Positions 28,627 to 38,501 of a DNA stretch of 64,000 nt are shown here, in pieces. The notes beneath the pieces are model-generated. The model had not been told where the DNA came from and ran no database searches. It saw only the letters and a list, made by a program, of their open reading frames with translations. The DNA lies in contig JBDHJS010000012.1 of NCBI GenBank assembly GCA_039586795.1, forward strand, positions 16,709-80,708, written 5' to 3'. Positions within the stretch are counted from its first letter, which is position 1; every line of letters begins with the position of its first letter. A program made the position numbers and the translations under genes. The DNA is from Gemmatimonadota bacterium. Its GTDB lineage: Bacteria > Gemmatimonadota > Gemmatimonadetes > Palauibacterales > KS3-K002.

Positions 28627-29439
28627 GTGAGTACGCATGCCGTAATCCGATCGCCAGTCGTACCGGTGAGGGCTGAGCCCAGTGTGCGGGCCGAAATGGT
28701 CTCGCAGGAGGTTTTGGGTTCGGCGGTGAAGGTCCTGGCTCGGGATGGAGAGTGGGCGCGCATTCGTGGGTACGACGGGTACGAGGGGTGGATCAGTACT
28801 GGCGGCTTCATCGACTGCGATGCGGATACTGCCGAAGCCTGGTGGGATGAGACCGGCGGCGTGCCGGCGTTGTCACTCGACGCACTCCTCGAGGACGAGA
28901 ACGGCGGCACCCTCGCCCGCCTGCCCTGGGGCGCGCGAGTCGCCAGAAGCGGTGCGAAGCTCACGTTGCCGGACGGACGTAGCGGTCGTCTCGGTGCCGG
29001 AGAGTTGGTCGGCTGGAGCGAACTGGGTGAGCGGTTTCCAGGTGATGGTGCGGCCGTCGTCAGAACGGCGACGGCTTGGGCGGGTGCTCCCTATCTTTGG
29101 GGCGGGCGTACGCGCTGGGGCGTCGATTGCTCGGGCTTCGTACAGGCGGTGTATCGTCTCCACGGATTCCTGCTTCCGCGGGACAGTTACCAGCAGCTGG
29201 AGTACGGTGAGCCAATCGAAGTGGAGGCGCACTTCGAGGAGCTACGACCCGGCGACCTCGTCTTCTTCAAGGCTACCGATTCGGAGAGGATCGTTCACGT
29301 AGCGTTCTCCGCGGGTGGATCCAGGATCATACATGCGGCGTTGGGGAACGGCGTGATCCAGGAGGATGACCTGCGTGAGACGGGCCTCGGGATCGAGCTC
29401 GCCGGTCGGGTGGCAGGAGTTCGCCGCTTCTTTGTCTAG
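28627..29439 (+). CDS. SH3b plus NlpC/P60 (YkfC-like) peptidase
   Basis: DGYEGW SH3 motif; PYLWGG, DCSGFVQ, LPRDS, GDLVFF, HVA. Confidence 0.9.
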   Translation: MSTHAVIRSPVVPVRAEPSVRAEMVSQEVLGSAVKVLARDGEWARIRGYDGYEGWISTGGFIDCDADTAEAWWDETGGVPALSLDALLEDENGGTLARLPWGARVARSGAKLTLPDGRSGRLGAGELVGWSELGERFPGDGAAVVRTATAWAGAPYLWGGRTRWGVDCSGFVQAVYRLHGFLLPRDSYQQLEYGEPIEVEAHFEELRPGDLVFFKATDSERIVHVAFSAGGSRIIHAALGNGVIQEDDLRETGLGIELAGRVAGVRRFFV

Positions 29440-29449
29440 CGCCCAAGCA

Positions 29450-31165
29450 TCAGTGTCTTAGAGCAACCACCGAGTATCCGTTCGCGCCGCCCTCCCAGCG
29501 CAGTGCCAGCACAGCCGGACGGCCCACGCGCTCTCCGTTTCGCCAGGCCTCCACCGTCATCGTCGCCGTGTACTCCGAATAGGTCACACCAGCCAGATCT
29601 TCTCTGAGCCCATCGAGGCCAACGCGTAGGGTCTGCCGCGCGCCGTTAATCGCATCGCTGTCCCCGCTGAGCTCGATTCCTTGATAGGTGTCTTGTAGCT
29701 CCCAGCTGTAGCGGGTTTGTCCCGGCGTCCACACGCCAGCATCCAGGCCGAGATCATCGAACGTCAACTCCAGGAATGGCGCGTCCGATCCGACGACCCT
29801 GACGACCGGCCTCTCGAGCGGCGTCACCTCACCGTACCAATACGCAATGATCTTGTCGCGGCGCCCGATCAGCAGCGTCGTAAGAATCTCTTCCGGCTCG
29901 GCTGACGGTAGGCCGCCCGTACGCACTGCGGCACGGATGTGATCGTCGCTGAACTTCGCGATGATCTTTGCGCCCCAGTAGCCGTCCGCTGGTGTCTTGA
30001 GGTTGAATGCCTTGTTAGGCCAGTTGGCGTTCCAGGTGCCAGGATCGAAGCTCTCGGACTGGAACCATCCGATAGACGAGTGATACTGGGAGAACTCGAC
30101 GTCTTCCCAGCCCCTCTTGTAGAAGCCAAGGGTCATGATGCGCCCCAGCGATGGCCACAACGCGAAATTGTATTCACTCCCTTCGCGCGGGTTGTGTGAG
30201 CGAATGGTCCCGCTACCCAACGACGCGGCGAAGTCGATCAGGTAGTGACGGACGAAGCCCGGTGGATCGATGAACGCGTCGAGAGTATTCGCGTACCGCA
30301 TGTCGACATGATTGAGCCAGGACGACACGACGTACAGGCCGCGGAGCTCGCGGCGGTATTCGTGATGGTAATAGTCGTTCGGATCATCACCGCGAACACC
30401 CGAGAAGTAGAAAGGTCCGATAGGTTCACCGGGGACAAACTTGCTGGCCAGAGCTAGATAGCGACCGCCTGAAAGAGTGTCCGTGAGGAAGAGGATGTCT
30501 TTGATGTCCTCCTCCGTCATCGTGCGCTCAACCCCCGAGACTGTGATCTCGGCGCTGGGATCCAGCACCAGCCGTGCCGAATCGAATACCACGATATAGT
30601 CCTCGGGAGTGTGGTATCCGGCGGCGTAAAATAGCCGATTGGCAATCACACCCGCCGCGCTGGCGAGGTGCTGGTTGCCCCTGGGGTCGAACTTGAAAAG
30701 GTAGCGGTCACCGCGCGCATCCTGGATGGTAAAACCGGGCGAGATGCCCGCGGCTTTCCCCCCTATGACCCGGAGCTCGCGAGCAGTGTCGGGTCCGACG
30801 GTCGTCGGCCCGCGAGCGACGTCCTCGGGCGTCATGTTCCCGAGATCGATTCGGTGCTCGTACCAGGCGGAGTTCAGAACGTCGTCGAAGCGAGTGATGT
30901 TCAGCGCCTCGTGGTCCTTACCGACCCAGCGACGCAGGCTGAGCCCGTAGCCTAGCTCGCCTCCCACCGATACGGTGAGTAGCCGTTTGACTTCGTTGAT
31001 TTCCCGGTTGCCGGGGCGAGCGCTGGGCAATGTGTCCGCATAAGCGATCGGCTCGAGGGGGAGCGGGCTTGTGGTCTTTGTAGAGCCGCACGCCGTCAAG
31101 ATGACTGCGCCGACGGCCAGTACCAGTCGACCCGGGTGGCGGTGACCGCGACGTACGTTCCCCAT
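29450..31165 (-). CDS. Lipoprotein with atypical protein-kinase-like motifs
   Basis: ILTAC lipobox; GISPGF, YLFKFD, WLNHVDMRYANT, YLIDFAASLG; start codon overlaps upstream stop (TGATG). Confidence 0.7.
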   Translation of the reverse strand: MGNVRRGHRHPGRLVLAVGAVILTACGSTKTTSPLPLEPIAYADTLPSARPGNREINEVKRLLTVSVGGELGYGLSLRRWVGKDHEALNITRFDDVLNSAWYEHRIDLGNMTPEDVARGPTTVGPDTARELRVIGGKAAGISPGFTIQDARGDRYLFKFDPRGNQHLASAAGVIANRLFYAAGYHTPEDYIVVFDSARLVLDPSAEITVSGVERTMTEEDIKDILFLTDTLSGGRYLALASKFVPGEPIGPFYFSGVRGDDPNDYYHHEYRRELRGLYVVSSWLNHVDMRYANTLDAFIDPPGFVRHYLIDFAASLGSGTIRSHNPREGSEYNFALWPSLGRIMTLGFYKRGWEDVEFSQYHSSIGWFQSESFDPGTWNANWPNKAFNLKTPADGYWGAKIIAKFSDDHIRAAVRTGGLPSAEPEEILTTLLIGRRDKIIAYWYGEVTPLERPVVRVVGSDAPFLELTFDDLGLDAGVWTPGQTRYSWELQDTYQGIELSGDSDAINGARQTLRVGLDGLREDLAGVTYSEYTATMTVEAWRNGERVGRPAVLALRWEGGANGYSVVALRH

Positions 31166-32481
31166 CAGAAGGCCGTCCCGAAGGACACGCGGAGCCGGAA
31201 GCCTTCGTTGCCGAACGCGATGTAGTTGACCAGCGCACCTCCCTGGAGTGTAGACAGACTCCAACCGAAGCCGATACTCCGTCGCATGCCTTTGAGTTGA
31301 ATCTCAAACACACGCGGCGCGATAGAGCCAGAGTCGTAGAAGACAAAGGCTTCAACGCGTGACCTTTCGTGAAGCTCGCGCCAGATCTCCCACCTCCATT
31401 CGAGCATGAACGCGGCCATCGCCTGGTCTCGGAAGCGAAGCTGGTGATACGCGCGACCGCCTTGCTCGCTTCCCACGGTAGCCAGGTAGTAGAAGGGTAC
31501 GCCTTCGCCACCCAGGCTCGTGTTCGATTCCATCGTTAGCCGAAACGCCAGCTGCTGCCGCGGGTTCAAAGGCATGTAGCCAAACAGATTAGCAGATGCA
31601 CGTCCGAAATCGGAATCCGTTTCATCTATGCCGCCGAAGTATTCATAGCCGGCTTCTATATAAAGGCCGCGTGGCTGCAGACCGCGGGTGTATGTAAGGT
31701 CGAGGCCGACTGATCCTCCTACACGGACGTACTTCACCCGCTCGTTCACCCCATAGAGCTGGGAGGATCGAGGGTCGTCCTGAATTGTCGGCACTTTCTT
31801 CGACTTGCCGCGGCCGATGCTGTTGTCCTCCCACGCCAGCTTGCCTGAAACGACGAGTGTCGCGGCCCGATCGACCGGCCGACGGGCCGATCCAGTCAGC
31901 GAGATGGTCCACTGATCCCAGAGAAAGTTGACCCGCTCGTCCTCTCTGGTGTCCAGACCGATGCCGTAGAAGTAGGGCTGGGCGTTCCGCCAGAACGTGG
32001 CCGCGGCTTCCAGCGTTCGACCGTTTGATCCCTGCCACAGGAAACCCGCTCGGTAGCGCTGCGAGAGCCGAATTGAAAACGCGCCTTCGACGAAGAACGG
32101 CCGTAGGCCTTCATAGCCAAGACGCACGGATACGCCGCTGCGCGGACCGATCGTGCCGAAACCTCCCCTTACACCGGCGGCCTTGAGCGTTTCGACGATC
32201 GGGATCGGTTTGGGGTCCGGCTTGACGACAAAGCCGGCTAGCTCGGCGAACCCGAGGCCCAGAAGTCGCAAAGGCAGAATGATGATCTTGAAGGGAAGGG
32301 CGACCGCGTCGACTGCATCGAAAGGTGGTTTCGCCGGTGGACGTTGGAGTGTATCGCGGATTGAATCTGCTACGGCCGGCTTGATTGGCCCATCATTCTG
32401 CTGAGCTTGAGCTGAGCTGATCGGGACGAGAAAGCTCGCCAGGACGATTGCAGCCACCCATATCCCGGGTGTGCCAATCAA
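31165..32481 (-). CDS. Omp85/BamA-TamA-like outer-membrane barrel, apparently without POTRA domains
   Basis: Signal peptide, amphipathic strands, GRAYHQLRFRD (RG[YF]-like loop), FYDSG, terminal F. Confidence 0.7.
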   Translation of the reverse strand: MIGTPGIWVAAIVLASFLVPISSAQAQQNDGPIKPAVADSIRDTLQRPPAKPPFDAVDAVALPFKIIILPLRLLGLGFAELAGFVVKPDPKPIPIVETLKAAGVRGGFGTIGPRSGVSVRLGYEGLRPFFVEGAFSIRLSQRYRAGFLWQGSNGRTLEAAATFWRNAQPYFYGIGLDTREDERVNFLWDQWTISLTGSARRPVDRAATLVVSGKLAWEDNSIGRGKSKKVPTIQDDPRSSQLYGVNERVKYVRVGGSVGLDLTYTRGLQPRGLYIEAGYEYFGGIDETDSDFGRASANLFGYMPLNPRQQLAFRLTMESNTSLGGEGVPFYYLATVGSEQGGRAYHQLRFRDQAMAAFMLEWRWEIWRELHERSRVEAFVFYDSGSIAPRVFEIQLKGMRRSIGFGWSLSTLQGGALVNYIAFGNEGFRLRVSFGTAF

Positions 32482-34751
32482 TCCTTGTCTCCCTTGTCCT
32501 CAAGGAGGTCCTTCAACGCTTCCCTGTGTGTCGCGTCACCGAACAGCGTCGCGCCGGTCTTCATGAGGTCCGACACGACATCGTCGAGGGGTCTCAGCGA
32601 TTTCTCACGCTGATACTCGCTTACGTCACCGATGAACGGCCAGAGTCTCTTTCGCACGTCGGCTGGCAAAGCTTGCTCGAGGTACTCTAGAGAGAAGCTC
32701 TTCAGGTTTTCATCGTCGAGCATCACGCCATTGAACGCGGCCCGCGCAACCTCCGGCTCCATGACCAGGCTCAAGAGACGGAACGTATGTTCGAGGCTCA
32801 GCTCTCCGCGCACGCCGACTCGCTCGGCGACCAGCTCATCTTTCTCGGCAGCATCCAGTAGTTTCTGCATCTCCCAGACAGCGCGGCCTCTGCCGATTTC
32901 GGCGCGCACCGCTTCCCAGATCACCGCGTCACTCCAACGCGGCGATCGGGGCATATCATGTCGGCGGCGACGTACGATGGCGATGGCGGCACGGTAGCGC
33001 ACCTCGAAACGGTTGGCTGCCAGCGCATCGATCAGCGCGTCGTCTGCTTCCTCGCCTCCCATTCGCCCGAGCACCCTTGGAATTCTGCGGCGAATGACGA
33101 AGTCGGTGTGCTCGCTACGAAGCAGCTTCGCCAAGTGTGGAACAGCGATCTCGCCAGCGTCGAGCAAGGAGACGATTGTGCGGTCGACAAGCTGATCACG
33201 GGCGAGCAAACGCGTCAGCGGCGCGACGTGCTCTTCTTGCCAGTCGGTGCCGATATCGAGGACTTGGTTCAGCGCCTTCAGGTCCCCGGACATCAGCGTC
33301 GCCTTGATCGCATCGGCGGCCATGGGTCTCTCGGCGCTTACAGGCGCTTGATCAGCCTCCGTCTCTTGGGTTAGAGCGCCCTCACGGACCAGTGAGCGAA
33401 CATCGATGCGGGTAAACGTTCCGCTCAAAAGATCCCTGCTCTCGAGTCGCGCACCAGAGTCTTTGGCCTGTACTCGCGTCCCGCTTTCCTGCAACTGTTC
33501 GGTTACGGTTGCGAAGTACTGACTTCCCATCCTTCGACTGAGGTAGACCAGGGCTAAAGAGAACGCGATGATGAACAGGGAAAGGAAGCGCGAATGGAGA
33601 CCGAGCAACGTGACCACTCCGAACACGATGCCAGCACCGAGACCTTCGCCGACCGAATCAACCACCGAATCGATGAACGTCTTCGTCTTTCGACGAACGA
33701 TCGACGGGATCGGGACGTAGACCACCTCTAGTGCGGAGCGATACAGCGACTTTCGGAGCGCTGCGTCGGCTCCGCGGACGGCTGTGATCAGGAACAGACT
33801 GGGGGCGACCAGCATACCGACAGAGCCCGTCAGGAGCACTGCTGGCAGCACTGCAAGAGTCCAGGCGATGCCGGCAAGCGCGAGGAAACGGGATACGAGC
33901 AGCAGTTGGATCACCAACGACACGCCACCTACCCAGCCGTAGAAGGCGCCGAAGAAGCTCGCCATTCCTTCCTGCGTGGTGAAGCTGTTCTGGGCGAACT
34001 CCTTGAATTGATAGTCGAGTAAGGTCGTGGCTATCGCGACGGCGAACACGATCGCGGCCAGCGTCCGTAGATGTGGTGTGTCCCAGGTCAACTTGAGGCT
34101 CTCGGGAATCGATGTCCTCGCTTTGTCGTCACCTTCGTGTCCGGCGCCTGTAAGCGGAGGAAGCAGACTCTGCGCAATGAAGAACAGTCCGATGATCGCG
34201 ATGAGGAGAATGACCAACCAAGGGAGATCGAGTCGCCGCGTCAGCCAGACCAGCGAATTGCCCGTCACCATTGTACCCGCTGTGCCACCGGCGCCGATCA
34301 ACCCGAATAGACGCTTGGCACCACGTACGGCGAAGTACTCGGAGATCACCACCCAAAATCCAGAAGTGAGGAGTAGGGTTCCGAGCGCCGTCAACAAATA
34401 GAACGCAACGACTTCTGCTCCCGGCACATTGCTGCGACCGAGGAACGGCCAGATAAGCGCGAGCCCAGCGGAGAGCGCGATCTGAACTGCCATCACGACC
34501 TTGCGTGGCGAGTAGCGCAAGAGCAGCCGCGCAAACAGCCCCACGGTCGGTACGCTGATGACCGCCACGGCCGCGATGATGTATGGGAGCGTCTTTACGT
34601 CGTAGGCAGTAAGGTAAAGCGCCTCGCGCATCGCCCGTGCCAGGATGGCGAAGCTCATGACAAGAAAGGCGCCCCAAAACGCGAGCGTCACGTTGCGAAC
34701 TTCGTTCGGGCGTACGTCGAGCCAGGCGGAAAGTCGCTGGAGCACGGTCAC
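32478..34751 (-). CDS. Npt/TLC-like (ATP/ADP translocase family) MFS transporter fused to HEAT-like repeats
   Basis: About 12 TM; DVRPNE, AKRLFGLIGAG, DYQFK, KTKTFID; C-terminal helical repeats (IRRRIPRVL...RFEVRYRAA). Confidence 0.75.
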   Translation of the reverse strand: MTVLQRLSAWLDVRPNEVRNVTLAFWGAFLVMSFAILARAMREALYLTAYDVKTLPYIIAAVAVISVPTVGLFARLLLRYSPRKVVMAVQIALSAGLALIWPFLGRSNVPGAEVVAFYLLTALGTLLLTSGFWVVISEYFAVRGAKRLFGLIGAGGTAGTMVTGNSLVWLTRRLDLPWLVILLIAIIGLFFIAQSLLPPLTGAGHEGDDKARTSIPESLKLTWDTPHLRTLAAIVFAVAIATTLLDYQFKEFAQNSFTTQEGMASFFGAFYGWVGGVSLVIQLLLVSRFLALAGIAWTLAVLPAVLLTGSVGMLVAPSLFLITAVRGADAALRKSLYRSALEVVYVPIPSIVRRKTKTFIDSVVDSVGEGLGAGIVFGVVTLLGLHSRFLSLFIIAFSLALVYLSRRMGSQYFATVTEQLQESGTRVQAKDSGARLESRDLLSGTFTRIDVRSLVREGALTQETEADQAPVSAERPMAADAIKATLMSGDLKALNQVLDIGTDWQEEHVAPLTRLLARDQLVDRTIVSLLDAGEIAVPHLAKLLRSEHTDFVIRRRIPRVLGRMGGEEADDALIDALAANRFEVRYRAAIAIVRRRRHDMPRSPRWSDAVIWEAVRAEIGRGRAVWEMQKLLDAAEKDELVAERVGVRGELSLEHTFRLLSLVMEPEVARAAFNGVMLDDENLKSFSLEYLEQALPADVRKRLWPFIGDVSEYQREKSLRPLDDVVSDLMKTGATLFGDATHREALKDLLEDKGDKD

Positions 34752-34937
34752 GCGTGGTACTCCCCGCGTCGCGCGTCAAGTCGAGCAGACGAACCGCCTG
34801 CCTTGCCAGCGCTTCTCACGCCGCATTCCTCGAGGCATGAGAAGGCCCTATTCCCGACTACTAGGCTCTTAAGCATTGGGTCGAATGAATAGCAGAAACG
34901 GCGCGGCTGAGCTATAGCCTGCCGAACGACGGGCGCG

Positions 34938-36611
34938 TTAGATGGAGGGCCCCAAGGGAGACGCCGACGGATTAGACGCACTCAAGGGGGTCTCTTCCTC
35001 AGGCCGGATTTCGGGCTCGGGAAACATGCACTGGTCATCCTGGGCCTGCGACTCCACGATGCCATGAAGGTCCCACCACTCTTCGGCTCGATCGCTATTC
35101 CAGGCATTGGCTACCGGTACCGCCTCGAGCGCGAGGCGCATCTGTCGAGCGGTCTGAAAACGGTCTCCCGGCTTCTTTTCGAGACACTTCATCACGATTT
35201 CTTCCAACGCCGGCGGAACGGCGGTCTCGGTCACTTCGGACAACGGTTTAGGGGCGGTCTTAACATGGTCGACCACAACCTCCAGACTCGATTCTGAGAC
35301 GAAGGGCGGTCGACCGGCTAGCATCCAGTAGGCGACGCCGCCAAGACAGTAGAGGTCGGCTCGCCCGTCCACCTGCTCCGTCCCGTACACGGTCTCGGGT
35401 GCCAGGAACCGCGGGGTCCCGAACAAGATGCCTGTCTTGGTCACTGCGGCTGCCGTGTCAGCACCGATCTGTTTGGCCAGACCGAAGTCGAGAACCTTGA
35501 CGAAATCATACAGCCCGCCACGCCGAGTCAGAAAGATGTTGGATGGCTTGATATCGCGATGAATGATATTGCGGTCGTGGGCTTCGCTCAGAGAGCCGCA
35601 TACCTGTCTCAGGATGTAGATTGTCCGAGCTGGCGAAACGGGCCCGTACGTGTCCACCAGCTTCTGGAGATCCAAGCCCAACAGGTACTCCATTGCATAA
35701 TAGAGACCGTAGTCTGGCGTGCGACCGACGTCGTAGATCGTGATCGTGTTCGGGTGCGTCAGCGTCGCCGACAGCTTCACCTCACGTTCGAAACGGGCCA
35801 GTGCCGTGTGACTCCCATCTTCTGCTGCGGTCATCACCTTTACGGCCGTCGGTCGACACATCAGCGCGTGTTGAGCAAAGTACACCACCCCCATTCCGCC
35901 CTTGCCGATCTCGTCATGGATGATGTACTTGCCCAGCCTCCTCGCTCGGTGCGCGGTCTTCGTCAGGTTGTAAAGCGTGTGGCTCACGAACGCCGAGGCA
36001 CCGCCCAGCATCGCGATTCCGATCAGTCCCCAGATCATATTGTCGCGCGCAGCGTCAGCACCGCCCAGCTTCGCCCAGAAGGCCTGATACTCAGGCAGGG
36101 CGGAATAAAGCGTGCCGTGGAGCAGCAGATAGAAAACCGCCGCCAGCGCGGCCAGCGACCACTGATGGGACGGCCGCCAGGGAACGAACGCTGCCGTGAG
36201 AAACAGCAGCAACGACACCCCAAGGTCGGGCTGGCCGGCAGGATTGAATGCACCCTGGTTGTAGATGACGAGCAGAATGTTGAACGCGATCGTACCAAAG
36301 GCGATGGTGTGCAGAAACCGATAGCTGCTCCTACAGACCGAATAGAGCAAGCCGAGAGCGATCGCGAAGGATATGGTGTGTGCCAATGCACCGGTCAGCC
36401 ACCGGTAACCATCGAGCGTGCTTCCTAGCTCGAGACTCTGCTGTGGGAAGAGAACATTCAAGATCAGAGCGATCGAAGCGATCACCAGGCCGCTGATGAA
36501 GAGCAGGCGGCAACGCTCCCACAGCAATCGCAGTCGTTCGTCTTCGAAGGAGCCGGAAGTCGAGAAGGGCCCGGATAGCGCGCGCTCAATGACCTGACTG
36601 GGCGTGGCCAT
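34938..36611 (-). CDS. Hanks-type Ser/Thr kinase with N-terminal multi-TM domain
   Basis: GKGGMGVVY, AVK, HRDIKPSN, DFG, GTPRFLAPE. Confidence 0.95.
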   Translation of the reverse strand: MATPSQVIERALSGPFSTSGSFEDERLRLLWERCRLLFISGLVIASIALILNVLFPQQSLELGSTLDGYRWLTGALAHTISFAIALGLLYSVCRSSYRFLHTIAFGTIAFNILLVIYNQGAFNPAGQPDLGVSLLLFLTAAFVPWRPSHQWSLAALAAVFYLLLHGTLYSALPEYQAFWAKLGGADAARDNMIWGLIGIAMLGGASAFVSHTLYNLTKTAHRARRLGKYIIHDEIGKGGMGVVYFAQHALMCRPTAVKVMTAAEDGSHTALARFEREVKLSATLTHPNTITIYDVGRTPDYGLYYAMEYLLGLDLQKLVDTYGPVSPARTIYILRQVCGSLSEAHDRNIIHRDIKPSNIFLTRRGGLYDFVKVLDFGLAKQIGADTAAAVTKTGILFGTPRFLAPETVYGTEQVDGRADLYCLGGVAYWMLAGRPPFVSESSLEVVVDHVKTAPKPLSEVTETAVPPALEEIVMKCLEKKPGDRFQTARQMRLALEAVPVANAWNSDRAEEWWDLHGIVESQAQDDQCMFPEPEIRPEEETPLSASNPSASPLGPSI

Positions 36612-36657
36612 TCTTGTTATCTCGGTGCAGATGCAATTCCCAGCACGGCGGTCCGCT

Positions 36658-38298
36658 CTACGGTTCGTAGATGAACTGGGACAATCCTCGGTTCGACATG
36701 CCGTCGTCGTCTACCGATGGGGCTGCCGGCGGACCTTCCGTCGCCAACCCGTGCAGCTCCCACCATTCGTGGGCTCGTTTCTGTGACCACCGCTCCGAGA
36801 ACGGGATGCCTTTCAGCGCCTCCTCCAGTTCGGCCGCCGACTGGAAGCGTTTCTCCGGCTCCTTTTCCAGGCAGCGCATGATGGCGCTCTCCAAATCGGG
36901 ATGTACGGGGAGCTCGGTGACGCTGGACGGACGAGTCGGGATGGCCTTCATGTGGTCGATGAGCAACTCGACGGAAGACGTGGAGTCGAACACGGGGCGG
37001 CCGGTGGTGATGAAATACATGACCGCACCGAGGCAGTAAATGTCGGATCGTCCGTCGACTTCCAGCCCCTGAACTGCTTCCGGCGAAATGTATCGCGGCG
37101 TGCCCACGGCCATCCCGGTCTTGGTCAGGCTCACGGCCTCGGGGGCGGTAACCTGCTTGGCCAGCCCGAAGTCCAGGACCTTTACGTAGTCGAACAGGCC
37201 GCCCCGGTGAGTCAAGTAGATGTTGCCCGGCTTGATATCGCGGTGGATGATCCCTCGCTCGTGGGCTTCGCTGAGCGCGCTGCACGCTTGGGCGATGACG
37301 TACGCCGTGCGCTCGGAGCTTATCGGTCCGAAGCGATCCACCAGTTCCTGCAGGTCGAGGCCGTCGAGGAACTCCATCACATAGTAGAACTTGTTGTCGG
37401 GAGTATGGCCGAAATCGTAGATCGTGATGGTGTTTGGGTGCGTCAGCGTCGCCGATAGCTGAACCTCGCGCTCGAAGCGTCGGATCGCTGATGCCTCCTC
37501 CTCGCCGGACGCTTGCATCACCTTGACCGCGGTCGGGCGACGGATCAGGGAGTGCCGGGCACGAAACACCTGGCCCATGCCTCCACTTCCCAGTTCTTCC
37601 TCGACCACGTAGTTGCCGAGTCGACTGGCCTCGTGGGTCTTCACGCGCAGGCGGTACAAGGTCCGGCTCGCGACATAGGCAACGAATCCGAGCATCATGA
37701 TGCCCGTCGTTCCCACTATGATATGATTGCGCAACGCCGCCAGTTCGCTGATCCCGATGACGCCACCAACGTCCGACCAGAACGTTCGGGCATCGGGGAC
37801 AAGGATATACGTAACGGTCGCCGATACAACGAACGCGGCGACGGCCAGGACTCCCAGCATGACAGGGTAGTGAGCGGGCGACGGGATGAAGACTGCGTAG
37901 ATGAACAGCGCCAGGGCCGCAGCCAGGTAAGGCTCCTCCGCGGTCGCGGTCGAGGCAAGCATGAACGTGCTGATTACGAGGGCCGAGGCGATGATCCAGA
38001 ACGCCAGCTGCTGCAGCTGGCGTGCACTGCCCTGCAGCAACCACGTCAGGCCGAGCCCGACGAGAAAGATCGCGATCTGAGCCAGGCGGATCTTGGGTTC
38101 GTGGACGGTCAGGCCAGCATCTGGCAGCGTCGCGGGTATCTGCAGGAAACGATCGAACAGGAAGTTGCCGGCAACCAGCAGCAGGACGATCACGAGCGCC
38201 AGGCGCGTCCTGTACAACAACAGGTCGCGCAGCTCTTTGTCGAACGAACTGCTGGTCAGCACCGACTCCGGGGTCGCGACTGCGAAATTGGTGTTCAT
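36658..38298 (-). CDS. Hanks-type Ser/Thr kinase with N-terminal multi-TM domain (tandem paralog)
   Basis: GSGGMGQVF, AVK, HRDIKPGN, DFG, GTPRYISPE. Confidence 0.95.
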   Translation of the reverse strand: MNTNFAVATPESVLTSSSFDKELRDLLLYRTRLALVIVLLLVAGNFLFDRFLQIPATLPDAGLTVHEPKIRLAQIAIFLVGLGLTWLLQGSARQLQQLAFWIIASALVISTFMLASTATAEEPYLAAALALFIYAVFIPSPAHYPVMLGVLAVAAFVVSATVTYILVPDARTFWSDVGGVIGISELAALRNHIIVGTTGIMMLGFVAYVASRTLYRLRVKTHEASRLGNYVVEEELGSGGMGQVFRARHSLIRRPTAVKVMQASGEEEASAIRRFEREVQLSATLTHPNTITIYDFGHTPDNKFYYVMEFLDGLDLQELVDRFGPISSERTAYVIAQACSALSEAHERGIIHRDIKPGNIYLTHRGGLFDYVKVLDFGLAKQVTAPEAVSLTKTGMAVGTPRYISPEAVQGLEVDGRSDIYCLGAVMYFITTGRPVFDSTSSVELLIDHMKAIPTRPSSVTELPVHPDLESAIMRCLEKEPEKRFQSAAELEEALKGIPFSERWSQKRAHEWWELHGLATEGPPAAPSVDDDGMSNRGLSQFIYEP

Positions 38299-38501
38299 TT
38301 GCTGCGAATATAGCGAACGGCGTCAACGCTCGCACAGAGCCGGGGGAAGTCGAGGACATGCGGTCGCGCTTCGCTTTGCCACAGCGTAAGTTGTCAGGCA
38401 CAATCACAACGTTGCAGACGTTCTCACCAGCAAGGCACAGCGGCCGACTCGTGAGACGATCCAGGTCTCACAGAGTCACAAAGTGACCAACCAGGTTAGG
38501 A

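Noticed and set aside
36617..38407. 596-aa alternative-frame ORF and similar long shadow ORFs (42954-44471, 55346-56635, 6565-7848, 61103-62152)
   Set aside because: They overlap well-supported genes, are Arg/Pro-rich and have no motifs; typical high-GC artefacts
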